Source: Chrysomallon squamiferum (Eukaryota; Animalia; Mollusca). From it: a stretch of 64,000 nucleotides of DNA. Of the stretch, positions 14,103 through 26,117 are shown one piece after another. Position numbers and translations under genes: made by a program. The notes under the pieces were generated by a model that was given only the letters and a program-made list of their open reading frames with translations, ran no database searches and was not told where the DNA came from. Numbering within the stretch: position 1 is the stretch's first letter; every line of letters begins with the position of its first letter. The stretch covers positions 8,246,001 through 8,310,000 of the forward strand of contig CM022668.1 of the NCBI GenBank assembly GCA_012295275.1, in the 5' to 3' direction.

Positions 14103-16474
14103 AGATAAATAAAAAAATAAATAAAAAAATAAATAAAATAAAACAAAATAAAAAATAAGGGACAGTGGGAGAAAGATAATAATTTGAATGGGCTGTTTCA
14201 GTTTCCATAAGGTGACATGATAAATTAGATATGTGTCAAGTCCTTCATTTATCAAAATAAATGTCCTGATTTTTTTTCACAAAAAATACATTTTTAAGAT
14301 TTGTTTTTATTGAAATCTGAGGACACACTCTACCTAAAATGAAACAAAACAAATTATACACTAATATAAATTTTAAAAGTATGGCCATTATAGAGAACTG
14401 CTATTTATAACCAAAAGTTTTAAACAGCAGCAATTACAAGGAAAATAAAATGCTACAAAACAAAGGGGTGAATGCTAGGTACTCTTTCTCAAGCATAAAA
14501 GACTAAAAAAAACAGTAACAGAGTGTGTGGGTTATTTATTTTAATTAGACTGGCAAGCTGTGCTCTTGATTATATTATGTAAATTGATTCTAAAATCGTA
14601 TTACAAGTCCATTTTGGTTTAAATCAGTATACAGGACACATTATAGATGCACGTTATTAATAATAATATGAAAAAGGCATGCAAAAACTTTTGATTAACT
14701 AAGCAGTAAATAATATAAACCTAGATAACGAATTATGATTATGTGAAACAATACTCTTAAAATGTCTTACACTTTCTAATGGGGCTGTTTGTTAAATTAG
14801 CTGTATGAAGTTTAGTAATGTAATAATTTTAATAAATATCAATACACAACAGACAAAGGATACTGAAGTACAAAAATATTAGTTTATTGCTATAAGTCTT
14901 TAAAAAATATAATAATAATAAAGAATTAACTTATAAAAATAAAATAAAAAATGAATTATTTACCTGAGAGATAGGCTAGTCTCTCACGGAGAATTGGGAC
15001 AATATCTGCAGCCTTCAAACCATCATTCCTCCTTCCTCCTGAAAATAAATCAAATCATATTACAGCCACTAGCTTAAATATATATATATTATCCTCAAGT
15101 ATATATATAACATTTATATAAATCCATTTAAAATCATTATAAAATACACTATGATTATATGTTAATATCCTTATAATAATTGAAATATTTGATTTACCTA
15201 ACAATTTTCAAATTTCAGTGAAGTAAAGTTTCATAAATAATTTGAATAAACCTGTTGAGTTCTCATAATTTTAACATATAGATGTTAATATTTTAATTCT
15301 ATTTATTCCTAACCTTTTTATATCTGTTACCCTTTTTTGATATCTAATACTTTTTATTATTAGCTTTCTTTTTTTTTATAACTGCATTACAGTGGGATTA
15401 ATTTTATGTATTTATATAGTTAAAATTTCACTGGAAAAAAATCTTATTTCTTAGCTGTTGGGTTTGCATCATAAGCAATTAAGCATCTAATAATGAGTGA
15501 ACTGAATGACACCTCAAAATTTATTTATTTTAACTGTTTAGTTGTTAAAACATTTATTGTATAATGAATTCAAAATGCTATACTTATGACTTCTAATAAT
15601 AAACCTTTTCAACTGTTTAAATATTTTGTTAAGATATAGATGTTCAGATAAAACAAACATTGACTGATTAATCATATGATTATTAAGTTGTTTGAAAAAA
15701 AAAGGCTTAAGACAGTTAATGATTTGTACATTCATTGTAAATGCTATTTGTTGCAGTCATATCTATTAATAAATATGATAATAAATCAAAATACACTGAA
15801 TATTAAGTGAAAAATTATATAGAAGTTAAATTTTAATAAAGATGGAAATGTTTAAAAAATAATCTTTATTATTTTGTGAATCCATTATTATTACTGAAAA
15901 TAGATTAATAATTAACTGAACACTGTTTTAAATTAAAATTTAATAATGACTGAAAGACTTAAACATTAAAATTTATAATTCTGTGAATCCATTATGATTG
16001 CTATCATTAACTGAACATTATTTTAAAATATGAAAATATCTGTTATAATTTCTAGTTATATTTATTATATGGTTTTATAATTATTGCAAAAATCCCTAGA
16101 GATTTCCGTCGGTGTCTTATTATTATATTAAGATCAAGGGAAGTAATTCTTCATTTTGTAAAACAATCCTTCATTTTATACGAATGAATCACCAAATAAA
16201 TATATGTTCGTTATTGCATAAAAATTGATTAGATAGTTCTCTTTCGCCCTACTGATCAGTTATCTGACAACATTTTACAGCCGAAACTGAAAGCATAATA
16301 AAATTAATCACTGGTGCCAAAGACAAGGACCATTCCATGATATCTGGCGTCTTTCTTGCGTCTGTCTTTGATAAACATATTCCTAAATATTTTCGAAAAA
16401 ATCTCACCTGGTCTATAGTAATACTCCACATCTTTATCGTTTCCTGCTTCTAGCGGCTGCTCTCCTCCGCTCAT
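3802..16474 (-). CDS. TRIO: Trio/Kalirin-family RhoGEF, 5' part (SEC14/CRAL-TRIO domain + spectrin repeats); 14 coding exons, gene continues beyond window start
   Basis: Exons 16408-16474, 14964-15038, 12977-13090, 12575-12665, 10675-10776, 10081-10194, 9351-9579, 8816-8994, 8081-8203, 7488-7679, 6739-6870, 6022-6252, 5576-5698, 4398-4589, 3802-3971. All are GT-AG with compatible phases, except a 1-nt deficit in 12977-13090. Translation has Trio/Kalirin hallmarks: LKAADIVPILRERLAYLSGGRDKKGGPILTFP, GFSVILDMRGSTW, LEQCLQLRIFEEDVEKMFDWISHN, AADELAQTGECDP. Confidence 0.93.
4398..4589 (-). CDS. TRIO: Trio spectrin-repeat exon (NTITNAEKLLAAADELAQTGECDP...FYTHVHE)
   Basis: 192 nt, ttttag / gtattt. 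Confidence 0.92.
4576..4950. repeat. 45-bp minisatellite containing the Trio 3' splice site and first exon bases
   Basis: Unit tttgttattgtattctaaaaacaaacacaatttgtaatagtttca, period 45, about 7-8 copies decaying away from the exon. Confidence 0.92.
5240..5470. repeat. ~33-bp AT-rich intronic minisatellite (tataatactatgtatctaaaataatatatacaa)
   Basis: About 7 imperfect tandem copies. Confidence 0.8.
5576..5698 (-). CDS. TRIO: Trio spectrin-repeat exon (VIDWLDSHGDVFL...HEHFESVAQ)
   Basis: 123 nt, tttaag / gttagt. Confidence 0.92.
6022..6252 (-). CDS. TRIO: Trio spectrin-repeat exon (VCGDGKSLLDTLQTP...LRLFQQDVKQ)
   Basis: 231 nt, gaccag / gtacat. Confidence 0.92.
6739..6870 (-). CDS. TRIO: Trio spectrin-repeat exon (YLAQVLAWQSVCE...SQSYAE)
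   Basis: 132 nt, tttcag / gtgagt. Confidence 0.9.
7238..7511. repeat. 84-bp tandem repeat (~3.3 copies) containing a Trio exon end and 5' splice site
   Basis: gtgaaacat recurs at 7251, 7335, 7419, 7503. Confidence 0.92.
7488..7679 (-). CDS. TRIO: Trio spectrin-repeat exon (NVYVNITRIL...GHYAS...MFHKKAEQ)
   Basis: 192 nt, ttctag / gtgtgt. Confidence 0.92.
8081..8203 (-). CDS. TRIO: Trio spectrin-repeat exon (MFDWISHNRDLFL...FATSAV)
   Basis: 123 nt, tttcag / gtgagt. Confidence 0.92.
8816..8994 (-). CDS. TRIO: Trio exon (SGRYMISGNADFQSAVPQ...LRIFEEDVEK); acceptor position uncertain
   Basis: Spectrin-repeat sequence, donor gtttgt; acceptor taaaag is purine-rich and other in-phase AGs exist nearby. 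Confidence 0.85.
9351..9579 (-). CDS. TRIO: Trio exon (MLEEFIWKALDLL...GESDGQS)
   Basis: 229 nt, tttcag / gtgagt, phase 0-1. Confidence 0.9.
10081..10194 (-). CDS. TRIO: Trio exon (TCMISVDSLSKAVEPTQLTREFDGTLEYDHEQWIQLRL)
   Basis: 114 nt, ctacag / gtagga; SEC14 C-terminal QLT-EFDG-L-Y-H--W motif. Confidence 0.92.
10675..10776 (-). CDS. TRIO: Trio SEC14 exon (ECFPGNIHVAYIIKPEKFWEKKRTSVGSAKYNFE)
   Basis: 102 nt, ttttag / gtaaga. Confidence 0.92.
12575..12665 (-). CDS. TRIO: Trio SEC14 exon (DEVRDKGFSVILDMRGSTWQTVKPILKALQ)
   Basis: 91 nt, phase 2-0, ttttcag / gtgagt. Confidence 0.92.
12861..12969. repeat. (TG)n microsatellite next to a Trio donor site
   Basis: Direct reading. Confidence 0.95.
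12977..13090 (-). CDS. TRIO: Trio SEC14 exon (GGRDKKGGPILTFPAHTHPERFKYEDLR/LMTYLASVP), with a 1-nt frameshift as given
   Basis: 114 nt where phase 1->2 requires 115; conserved sequence on both sides of the break near 13007-13010. Confidence 0.88.
13478..13546 (-). mobile_element. Possible degenerate tRNA-derived SINE head
   Basis: Minus strand reads tgatgaatggt (A-box-like) then ggttcaattctcc (B-box-like) at tRNA-like spacing; heavily decayed. Confidence 0.25.
14964..15038 (-). CDS. TRIO: Trio exon (GGRRNDGLKAADIVPILRERLAYLS)
   Basis: 75 nt, tttcag acceptor, gtaaat donor, phase 1-1. Confidence 0.92.
16408..16474 (-). CDS. TRIO: Trio/Kalirin putative first coding exon (MSGGEQPLEAGNDKDVEYYYRP-G)
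   Basis: ATG at 16474, 22 codons + 1 nt, donor CAG|GTGAGA; phase 1 matches the next exon; lies in a CpG-richer promoter-like zone. Confidence 0.75.
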
Positions 16475-16995
16475 TCTTCATAAATACATGGTTTTGGAGT
16501 AAAATTTTCTGCTAAATGCATCTTTATCAAACTATAATGTCGGCCATTGTAATAACACAACTTCGTGAATGTTCGTAACGCCTCGCTGCCGATTCGGTGA
16601 AATCCGTTGGCTGCTGCAGGTGCTTGCGCTACATAACAAAGCCAGTTACTCACTGATGCGATCGCCTGCCAAAAAAATTTTTTTTAAAAAAAGAAGAAAA
16701 AATAACAAAAAAAACCCTCCAATACAAACAAACATTAAAACTAATAAAAAGAAAAAGAAACATACAAAATAAAAATAAAACGAAAATAAAATTTAATATT
16801 CACATTTATTAATCTATATTATGCGCACTGCCATTATATTCTAAAATTAAGAACAATAAAAGTATCTTAAAACAAAAAGTATATAATAATCGTTACTGCC
16901 TATTTAATATAATTATTATTATTAGGTCATTGTGTGAGTGATATATGACAGATGTATGAGTGTGTGTATGTATGTGTGAGTATGTGTTTGTGTGC

Positions 16996-17028
<33 letters not shown>

Positions 17029-18291
17029 AATTTGTATATATTTATGAATGCATGTAAATCCGTGTATATATCCGTGTCTATGTTTGTAAGTAAGTATATA
17101 TATATATATTTATGTGTGTGGTATGTGTTTGTATGTGTGTTTATGTAGTATGTATGAATGCATGTTACTATGTATGATAGGTACATAGAGTTACAACATT
17201 GATTACAATTGTTGTTCTTCTTCTTCTGCTCCTTTGCTAGTTGTTTTTGTTGTTCTTTATCTATTTTCACTACTGCTTCTTCAACTACTACTACTACTAA
17301 TGCTTCTACTATTACTGCTAGTACTACAGTACTGCTACTGCTATTGCTACTGTTACCATTACTACTATTACTTCTACTACTAAGGATATTGCTATTACCG
17401 CTACTACTACTACCATTATTACAGCTAGCTGTCCTCCTACTTCTACTCCTGCTACTAGTACTACTGTTACTATACTATTATAACTATTAATACTTTAACT
17501 ACTAATAACTGTATTACCTCAATGATTAACGTTTATTAATTCACTTTATTTATTTATTATCTTTAACTTCCACTTACTACTAATAAAATTCACTAAGTAA
17601 GAAGTTTAAATTTAATAATCTGACATCTTTTGCTCACAAAACATGCATAAACAAAAACAAACAGTAACAGAGAAACAGTCAAGTCTAATCACGTCTGTAT
17701 GAATGAGGATAAAATATCTGGTTCATTAATATCGTGTCCAACATCACCGCTCATCATATTAATGTAGTGTTGACAGCATCTGTTAGTAAGTTCAGAATTC
17801 AGCAACGTAATCATTTGAAATATTAACTTATCTAAGTCACTGTTTGTATTGACTGTTTTAACACGTGCTTGCCGATTCACGCCCTATGAATGTATTTTAT
17901 TTAATTTAATTTAATTTAATTTTATTTTAAGTGTTAAACTATTAAAGTCTCGTTTATCTGACTAATCTTCATTAAAAAAAAAAAACCCATTTAAACAACA
18001 GTAACAACCACACCAGCAGTAATATAAATATTAAAACGTTCTTAAACAGATTATCTCAGTTTTAGTTTCTGTCTCGAAAACAGCCGTGGTTAAATCTTTG
18101 GTTTATGTAAACATTTCAAATGGATAATTTTGGAAATTTCGTAATATTTTTGCTTGTAAAAATAGTATAAAGTCTATATATGCAACAAGCTCTATTACTA
18201 TTTATTTATTGTTTGTTTGTTTGCTTATTTAAGAGAAAAGTGAATTTCAAATTTTACTGACACTTTTAAATTTCCAGTCTACGACCTTTCA

Positions 18292-18472
18292 CAGAGGCGG
18301 GTCCAAAAAACTTTAACAAAATAGCACTGAAAGTTTTGACAACAAAATAATAAACCTGAGAACAAATAACATTTTATTTCTTATACACCTTAAAAATAAT
18401 ATAAGAAATAAAGAATAAATATGCTGCTCATCGTTAAACCCCCTCAAAACCCCCCTCCAGAACCCGCCACCG
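18292..18472. mobile_element. Small degenerate MITE-like element
   Basis: Imperfect TIRs CAGAGGCGGGTCC / reverse complement CGGTGGCGGGTTC (10/13) with subterminal C-runs; no TSD found. Confidence 0.4.
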
Positions 18473-18588
18473 CGGATCAGCGTTTTATGACAACCATCTC
18501 GCAAGTTACTGGCGAACTGAATGCGGAAGATCTACAAACAATTAACTAAGTCATTATAGAGTTTTTGACCTAATGTAAAGTTCTATCG

Positions 18589-20475
18589 CAGTGGTTCTCA
18601 AACTTTTTGAAATCGGGGCACATTTGAAGCCTTACAAAAAATTGCGGGCACTCTACACACAAAATGCTAAGAAATATAATGTAAAATAACTGAAAGAAGG
18701 ATATTGCGGCTGAATCGGTTGCGGAGCAGGCTGTGAGGTTGTCTATCCTCATTGTCTACATCTATATCAGATTCTTCATCATTTCGCGTATAAACAGTTC
18801 TCGTCTGGAATCGGTACCGTTTGGTTTCTTCCGTGAGAGATGTTCACTGATATACTGAGTTACCGGTCTTGTGTGAGAGATGTTCACTGATATACTGAGT
18901 TACCGCTCTTGTGTGAGAGATGTTCACTGATATAGTTAGAGTTACCGCCCTTGTGTGAGAGATGTTCACTGATATAGTTAGTTACCGCCGTTGTGTGAGA
19001 GATGTTCACTGATATATTTATAGTTACCGCCCTTGTGTGAGAGATGTTCACTGATATACTGAGTTACCGCTCTTGTGTGAGATATTCACTGATATAGATA
19101 GAATTACCGCCCTTATGTGAGAAATGTTCACTGATATATTTAGAATTACTGACCTTGTGCGAGAGATGTTCACTGATATATTTAGAGTTGTTGCCCTTGT
19201 GTGAGAGATGTTCACTGATATAGTTAGTTACCGCCCTTGTGTGAGAGATGTTCACTGATATATTTAGAGTTACCACCCTTGTTTGAGAGATGTTCACTGA
19301 TATATTTAGAGTTACCACCCTTGTGTGAGAGATGTTCACTGATATAGTTAGTTACCGCCCTTGTGTGAGAGATGTTCAGTGATATACTGAGTTACCGCTC
19401 TTGTGTGAGATGTTCACTGATATAGTTAGTTACCGCCCTTATGTGAGAGATGTTCAGTGATATATTTATAGTTACCGCCCTTGTGTGAGAGATGTTCACT
19501 GATATACTGAGTTACCGCTCTTGTGTGAGAGATGTTCACTGATATACTGAGTTACCGCTCTTGTGTGAGAGATGTTCACTGATATACTGAGTTACCGCTC
19601 TTGTGTGAGAGATGTTCACTGATATACTGAGTTACCGCTCTTGTGTGAGATGTTCAATGATATACTGAGTTACCGCTCTTGTGTGAGAGATGTTCACTGA
19701 TATACTGAGTTACCGCTCTTGTGTGAGAGATGTTCACTGATATAGTTAGTTACCGCCCTTATGTGAGAGATGTTCAGTGATATATTTATAGTTAGCGCCC
19801 TTGTGTGAGAGATGTTCAGTGATATATTTATAGTTACCGCCCTTGTGTGAGAGATGTTCACTGATATACTGAGTTACCGCCGTTGTGTGAGAGATGTTCA
19901 CTGATATATTTATAGTTACCGCCCTTGTGTGACAGATGTTCACTGATATATTTAGAATTACTACCCTTGTCTGAGATATGTTCAGTGATATATTTATAGT
20001 TACCGCCTTTGTGTGAGTCTGTACCTTTATTTATCATCTAGTTTGTGCTGATGAGAAGTATGAGCCTGACGTGTCTTGGCAAGTTCTTCACAAATACAAA
20101 GCAATGGACTGTTAAAATGTCAATAAACTGTACACAGGCTATATTTTTAATGGTGTGCATTGTGCAGTGAGGGAATACTTTTATCAATCGTTTGCATATA
20201 ACAAATATAATAAGCTAAAATTACATAAAGTATTAAAGTTTTAGATGGGTCCTGACTGTGACAGTGATAGGAATATGTGTCACAAGACAACTTTGGCTGT
20301 TTATCACACATGCACACCCTATCACTCATACTGCCACCCTATCACTCACACTGTCACTGGTGAACTACTGCACAGCATTGAGCAGCCGCGCTTGCTCATC
20401 AGCCAAAATGTATAAAATCTTCTTCCGGGCAACCGGCTGTTTCTTACTGGATATCTTTCCGTTCTTAACATACTA

Positions 20476-20516
<41 letters not shown>

Positions 20517-20599
20517 CATCACAAATATCTACCTAGATCCTAGAATTTCGTGGGTCACACCTAAGCATGTCTCAAGGGCACACTCTTTGATAACCACTG
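18589..20599. mobile_element. Non-autonomous hAT-superfamily DNA transposon, 2011 bp
   Basis: TIRs CAGTGGTTCTCAAA (18589) and reverse complement CAGTGGTTATCAAA (ending 20599); perfect 8-bp TSD TTCTATCG at 18581-18588 and 20600-20607. Confidence 0.92.
18833..20017. repeat. 38-42-bp minisatellite, ~29 copies, inside the hAT element
   Basis: Consensus gtgtgagagatgttcactgatatactgagttaccgctctt with three interspersed variant types. Confidence 0.95.
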
Positions 20600-20680
20600 T
20601 TCTATCGTATTACAACAAAGCAAAGCTACAAGTTATCTATAGCGAGGCAAACGATTTTAATTTTGTACTCATTTTCATGA

Positions 20681-20724
<44 letters not shown>

Positions 20725-21945
20725 TAACCTCATTGTGGTTTAAATATTCTGTCTTGGTAGGAACAGTATCAGAGACATGGATATCATTTTAGTTTTATTG
20801 TTTTCTATCATCATTAATAATGTGTAAGGCAATGATATAAAATTTCTACAATACATCCGAACGCCTCCATTTCACTCTGAGGAATGTTTTTTAAATCTTA
20901 CATTACGGCAAGAAAACCTGAAACAAATCCGTTCGCCTATGTACATGATTACGTCACGATTACAATAAACGAAAATAATGATAATAAGATAACAACAACA
21001 AAAAATAAAAAATGGTGGTATCCAGACATTATAAAACAGTACTTTTGTCGTTGTTGTTATTCTTCATTTTTAATTATGACTATATCTTTGTATTACCAAA
21101 AGTGCCAGTCTTACAAGTATTTGTTTTCATCTAAAACGTCTGATTTAGCAGCTAACTTTTTCATGCCAGTTTAGGTGCGTCAGTTTTCAAATGTTCTGTT
21201 CATTAATTCGTCTTGTTTGTATATTTCATTTCGTCGTTTAGCTGTTATTATTATAATATTTTTGGTAAAATGTTCGACCTTAAAATAAATAAACAAACAA
21301 ATAATAAAATAATAAAATAAATAAATAAAACAATTTTTAATCTAAGATTCATTTATAATATAGATTTTGAAACTGCACAATCTGCACGGAAACGCAACAC
21401 GAAAGCGAAGTGTACGTCATGACGTAATCTCCCAGGAGAGTTGTTGTGATTCGACCCTTGTAGCAAACAGCTTTCGCACTGATGACGTAGACACTGTTCA
21501 GCCGGTGAAGTTGGTTTGAACTGATAGTTTCGTTTCAATCAGGGCTGAATGCACTTTATTCCAACATAATTCCCTGCTAAATAATAATACACGGCAGCTT
21601 ACAACGTGTCATATATCTGTTTACTGGCAGGCTTCCTGGGGTTAAAAGCGGTATGCAATACAAGCATCTGTTCTAATCTTTATTTATCTATGTCGTTTCA
21701 GGGTTTACTGATCGTAAGTGTTACGTTTCAGTGACATTTGGTTGATGGTTCGCCTAAGAAACGAGGCGGAATGTACTACAAGACATAAAAACGAGCTTTG
21801 TTTTCTAGCACGTTCTGGCAGGTTAGGTTACAGAAGATCGATCTGTGTTGCTGATAATGTTAAAACGTACATGCGTTTAGATGAATTTCGTGATGTAGTG
21901 TCCACTTTATCTTTTATTTGTTTTATTTTATGTTTCAGTAGCACG

Positions 21946-22011
<66 letters not shown>

Positions 22012-23532
22012 TACAATAGAAACAAAAATGACCTAAATCATTTGCCTGTCCTTCAGCATAATAACAACAGTTTATTTATATACATCTTTTCTTTGTCAAC
22101 ATAGCAACCACATTGTTTTTTACAGTATACATATAAATGCGACTGGAGAACAATAAACATTCAAGCTGATTCATCCATTCTACTTCTGTTTCTGTAATCT
22201 GTTATCTATATACTCAGAATAATAATAATAAAAAAGGAATAAAAATAAATAAATAAATAAAAAGAAGAAATGAAAAAAGAAAGAAAAGAAAGAAGAAAAG
22301 AGAAGAAAAAGAAAGAAAAAAGATTAATATTTTCGGATTAAATATTTTTTACATTTTATTTATTTATATATTTATTTATTTATTTATTTATTTATTATCT
22401 GTTTTTTTTGGAGGCTTTAGTACGAAAATCTGTGATACAGTTAAACTAAGTATACATTAGATTCTCAACTTAAATAGCCTAAACGAATTTTGCATGCTTT
22501 CCAGTTATTGTTTTAACGTTACTGGCGATCTGTTTTTGCCAGCAATAAAGCACAACACTGTAATGAGTCTGCTTATTACTGAAGAAGGGTCATGCACCTC
22601 AGTGTGAACACTTTCACTGCACTCTGGAAGTACTCCACAGTGTGTACATTATCTTAAGCAGAAAAGTATGTCAAATAAATGTGATTCCATCCTGAACTTG
22701 TTTTAAACAGTTTCAATGTTACCGAATTTTACTATAAATGTAGATTTTGCCTAGCTCTTTACATTGAATTTTAATTAACGTTTGAATGTTGTATTTACCT
22801 TTGGTGTGACTCTAAGTAGCCGATATGTTTTTCGTCCTGAGGTATCGTCATTTATTCATTTATACAACAAACATATACTTTAAAACTTCAGTCTGAACTC
22901 TATGTTAATTCTTTATTCGTATTAGGCCTCTGAAACTTGTCATTAAAACGTCATCTTGGTGTTTAACCTCCAGACATTTAAACTATCTTAATAATTACGT
23001 TTACGTTGAGGTTAAACTTGAACCCTTAAACTTCAACATTTAAGCAGTCTGAAAAGGCTAATAATAATATTAATATAAACTAAATTACACGAACAATAAT
23101 ATAAAGATTAATAAATTAACTTCTGGCTTTCCGACTCATTACCTAGAAAACCCTGGCGAGTACTGTCAGAACAATACTTCGTCAAATAATCGATTATCTC
23201 CCCTGAGACAACAATTGCCGTTGCTAAGTGGCCGTGGAGCTTGTTCTATGTTTTTCCGTTCACGTTTTATTTATCACAAGGTTCATATCAACGGTGTTTT
23301 GTGTAAGAACCTATTATTAATCATTTCTAGTGTATTTCTGAAACGTGGCGACTTTGTCAATAAAAACTAATTTTATTTTACTAAATAAATATGAGAGTGT
23401 TAAATAAAATAATTGCGTTAAACAAATAATTTTATTAACACTGTTTTCAGTTGTATGTATGTATGTGTGTGTATATATGGATGTATGTATGTATGTGTAT
23501 GTGGATGGGTGGGGGTGTCTGAATTTATGTAT

Positions 23533-23660
<128 letters not shown>

Positions 23661-25001
23661 ATATATATATATCCTATCTCCGATATTAAAAACCGCTGCC
23701 TAGATTCGATCCCGCTCAGAACACCACAAAGAATCAATGAAAACAAAACACTTGTATTCGGTATTGATTCTAGACGCTAAGGGAAATAACTCGGTCGATA
23801 AATCATTGAGCCAAGAATGCCAACCACTTGTCATAAATCGGTTCCCACGATAAGTCGTGAAACTGGAAGCAGCCATATTGAAATTCAGAAGGTAATTTAA
23901 TTTTCTTATATTTTCTGTCATGTATATATAAATAACGAAATTAAAGAGGTAGTATTTACAGAATTTAAAACAAGAAAACACAAATTATAATGAGATATTT
24001 AAACGGATTAGACATTTTTTATGCCTTTTTCTATTCTACTTTTCAACTGTTTCTGTATTCCAGCCATTTTAAATAGGTTTAAATATTTAATTATTTTCTT
24101 TTCAATGTGATAACGTTTTATTTTAAGAAGCAATTTTTACTTCATATCAAACGCTTGTATGAATGAATTATTTCTTTTTCTCGATGTGAACGAAAACATC
24201 TTAACGTAGCATTAAGTAAAATATATTCACTCGTTCTTTCATCTCTAATTTTGATTATCGTGTTGAAATACTGTCAGTATTACTTCAGAGAGAGGAACAA
24301 GATCGATAGATTGATGGCTCGATAGAATCATAAATAGCACAACTGACAGAGAGATAGGCAAACTGACAGACAGACAGACTGATAGATGATATTCTATTTT
24401 TGGACAGAACAGAAAGTCTAACATACATGTACACGTAATAAAATTAGAAACAAAAAATATATATATATTTCAATACTGATTATGATGATATTAATGAACA
24501 GGATGAAATACTTAAACTTTACCATTATATAAACGAATGATCAAATAAATTTTTGTTATTCTTATAAGTTATAATTGTGTAATCGATCTGTGTTCATTAA
24601 TAATAAAGTGTAACAATACTACAAACGGTTAGAAATTGACATTTTGCACTTTATAGTTTGAATCGTGACGTCATCGCGTACATAGTGGGCTGATAGTTGT
24701 TGTTGTTGTTGCTGTTAATGTTGTTGTTGTTGTTAATGTTGATGTTGTTATTATTGTTATTGTTATTTTATTTTATTCTGACAACACTAAAACAAAACAA
24801 TATTAACCCCCAAAATACTATCAAAAACAAAAGAAGAAAAAAAAAAAAAAAAGAAAAAGAAATAAAACATAAAAAAGGAAGAAACAAAATAATTAAAAAC
24901 AAAACAAAAAACAACCGAATATTATATCTATATGAGTGTGTGTATGTATATATGTAGACATCTATGTGTGTGTATTTTTCTGTGTATGTGTGTTTATATA
25001 T

Positions 25002-25036
<35 letters not shown>

Positions 25037-26117
25037 CATATGCATACATATTCACACACACACACACACACATACACACACATGGATCTTAGAGTACGTT
25101 TTGTATGAATTAAATGTAAAAAATAGAAGAAGGCAGGGAAGATGAAAGTGTAGTTAATAGGGATAAGAAATCAAGTAGGTAAATAAGGGCTGACATTAAT
25201 CAAACAGCGGTTTGCACCCGAAAACAAAAATATTGATACTCAATCTACAGTTAAATCAGTCTTTTAAAATAAAAACAATAATTAAAATAAAATAAAAAAA
25301 CAAAACAACAAACAAACAACAATAACAACATCTAAACGCTAACATTCGTGCAAAATTACAAGAGATCGTTTACATATTTATTTTTGAAAGGTCGCTCAGA
25401 TTAATTATGGATTCGAATTGACTGCGTTGAATTATTTCAGTGTCATATAATTTTGTCATGAAATACTTGCTTTTGCCCTTTTTGTACTTTATTTCGAGGC
25501 CTGGATCTAGCTATTTATTTGCACTCACACACACATCCTCCACATACACACTCACACAGACACACACACAGACACACATTGATTGGGAGAAACAGAACTT
25601 CAAGGAACACATAAATGTCAGATTTCATGGGGATACTTTGTTATGTTATTGGGTATATAAATTCTTTCGTAAGCTCGAACACAAAAGTGTTGAGAAATAA
25701 AATTCTATTCTCGGCTTTTAACGAAACGAAGGCGGATGTATTTTATCGCTTCTTTCCGATCCTGGAATAGGTTATCGTATGAATATAATACAAAACGTCA
25801 TCGATTTGTTTTTGTTATGCAGGTAATGTATTAAATTATTATTAATAATGAAACAAGTAAAACGGAAAAAAATTAAAAAAGAAAGAAATAAAAGAAAGAA
25901 ACGAAAAAATCGCATTAGAAATAAATAAAATAATAAAAGAGGTTTTTGAAAACAGATTGAATTAAATAAAAAGAAAGAAATGCTAAAATGTTGCAACAAC
26001 AACAACTATCTAATAAAAAAAAAATGCCATAATAACTTTATTATTATTATTATCAATTTTTATTAATTATATACTATTAATATTGTCGTATTACCGTTGC
26101 CATAATAAATAGGTATA

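Noticed and set aside
19064-19943. ORF-track peptides such as MNISHTRVVTLNISV and YISEHLSHKG repeats
   Set aside because: Translations of the minisatellite; unit lengths of 38/40/42 do not keep frame.
18833-20017. Regular ~40-bp array resembling a CRISPR locus
   Set aside because: No unique spacers (the variable part is three recurring variants), no cas genes, eukaryotic intron-exon context, and it sits inside a hAT element.
23690-23730. B-box-like GATTCGATCCC suggesting a tRNA
   Set aside because: No A-box or cloverleaf stems upstream; it abuts a microsatellite.
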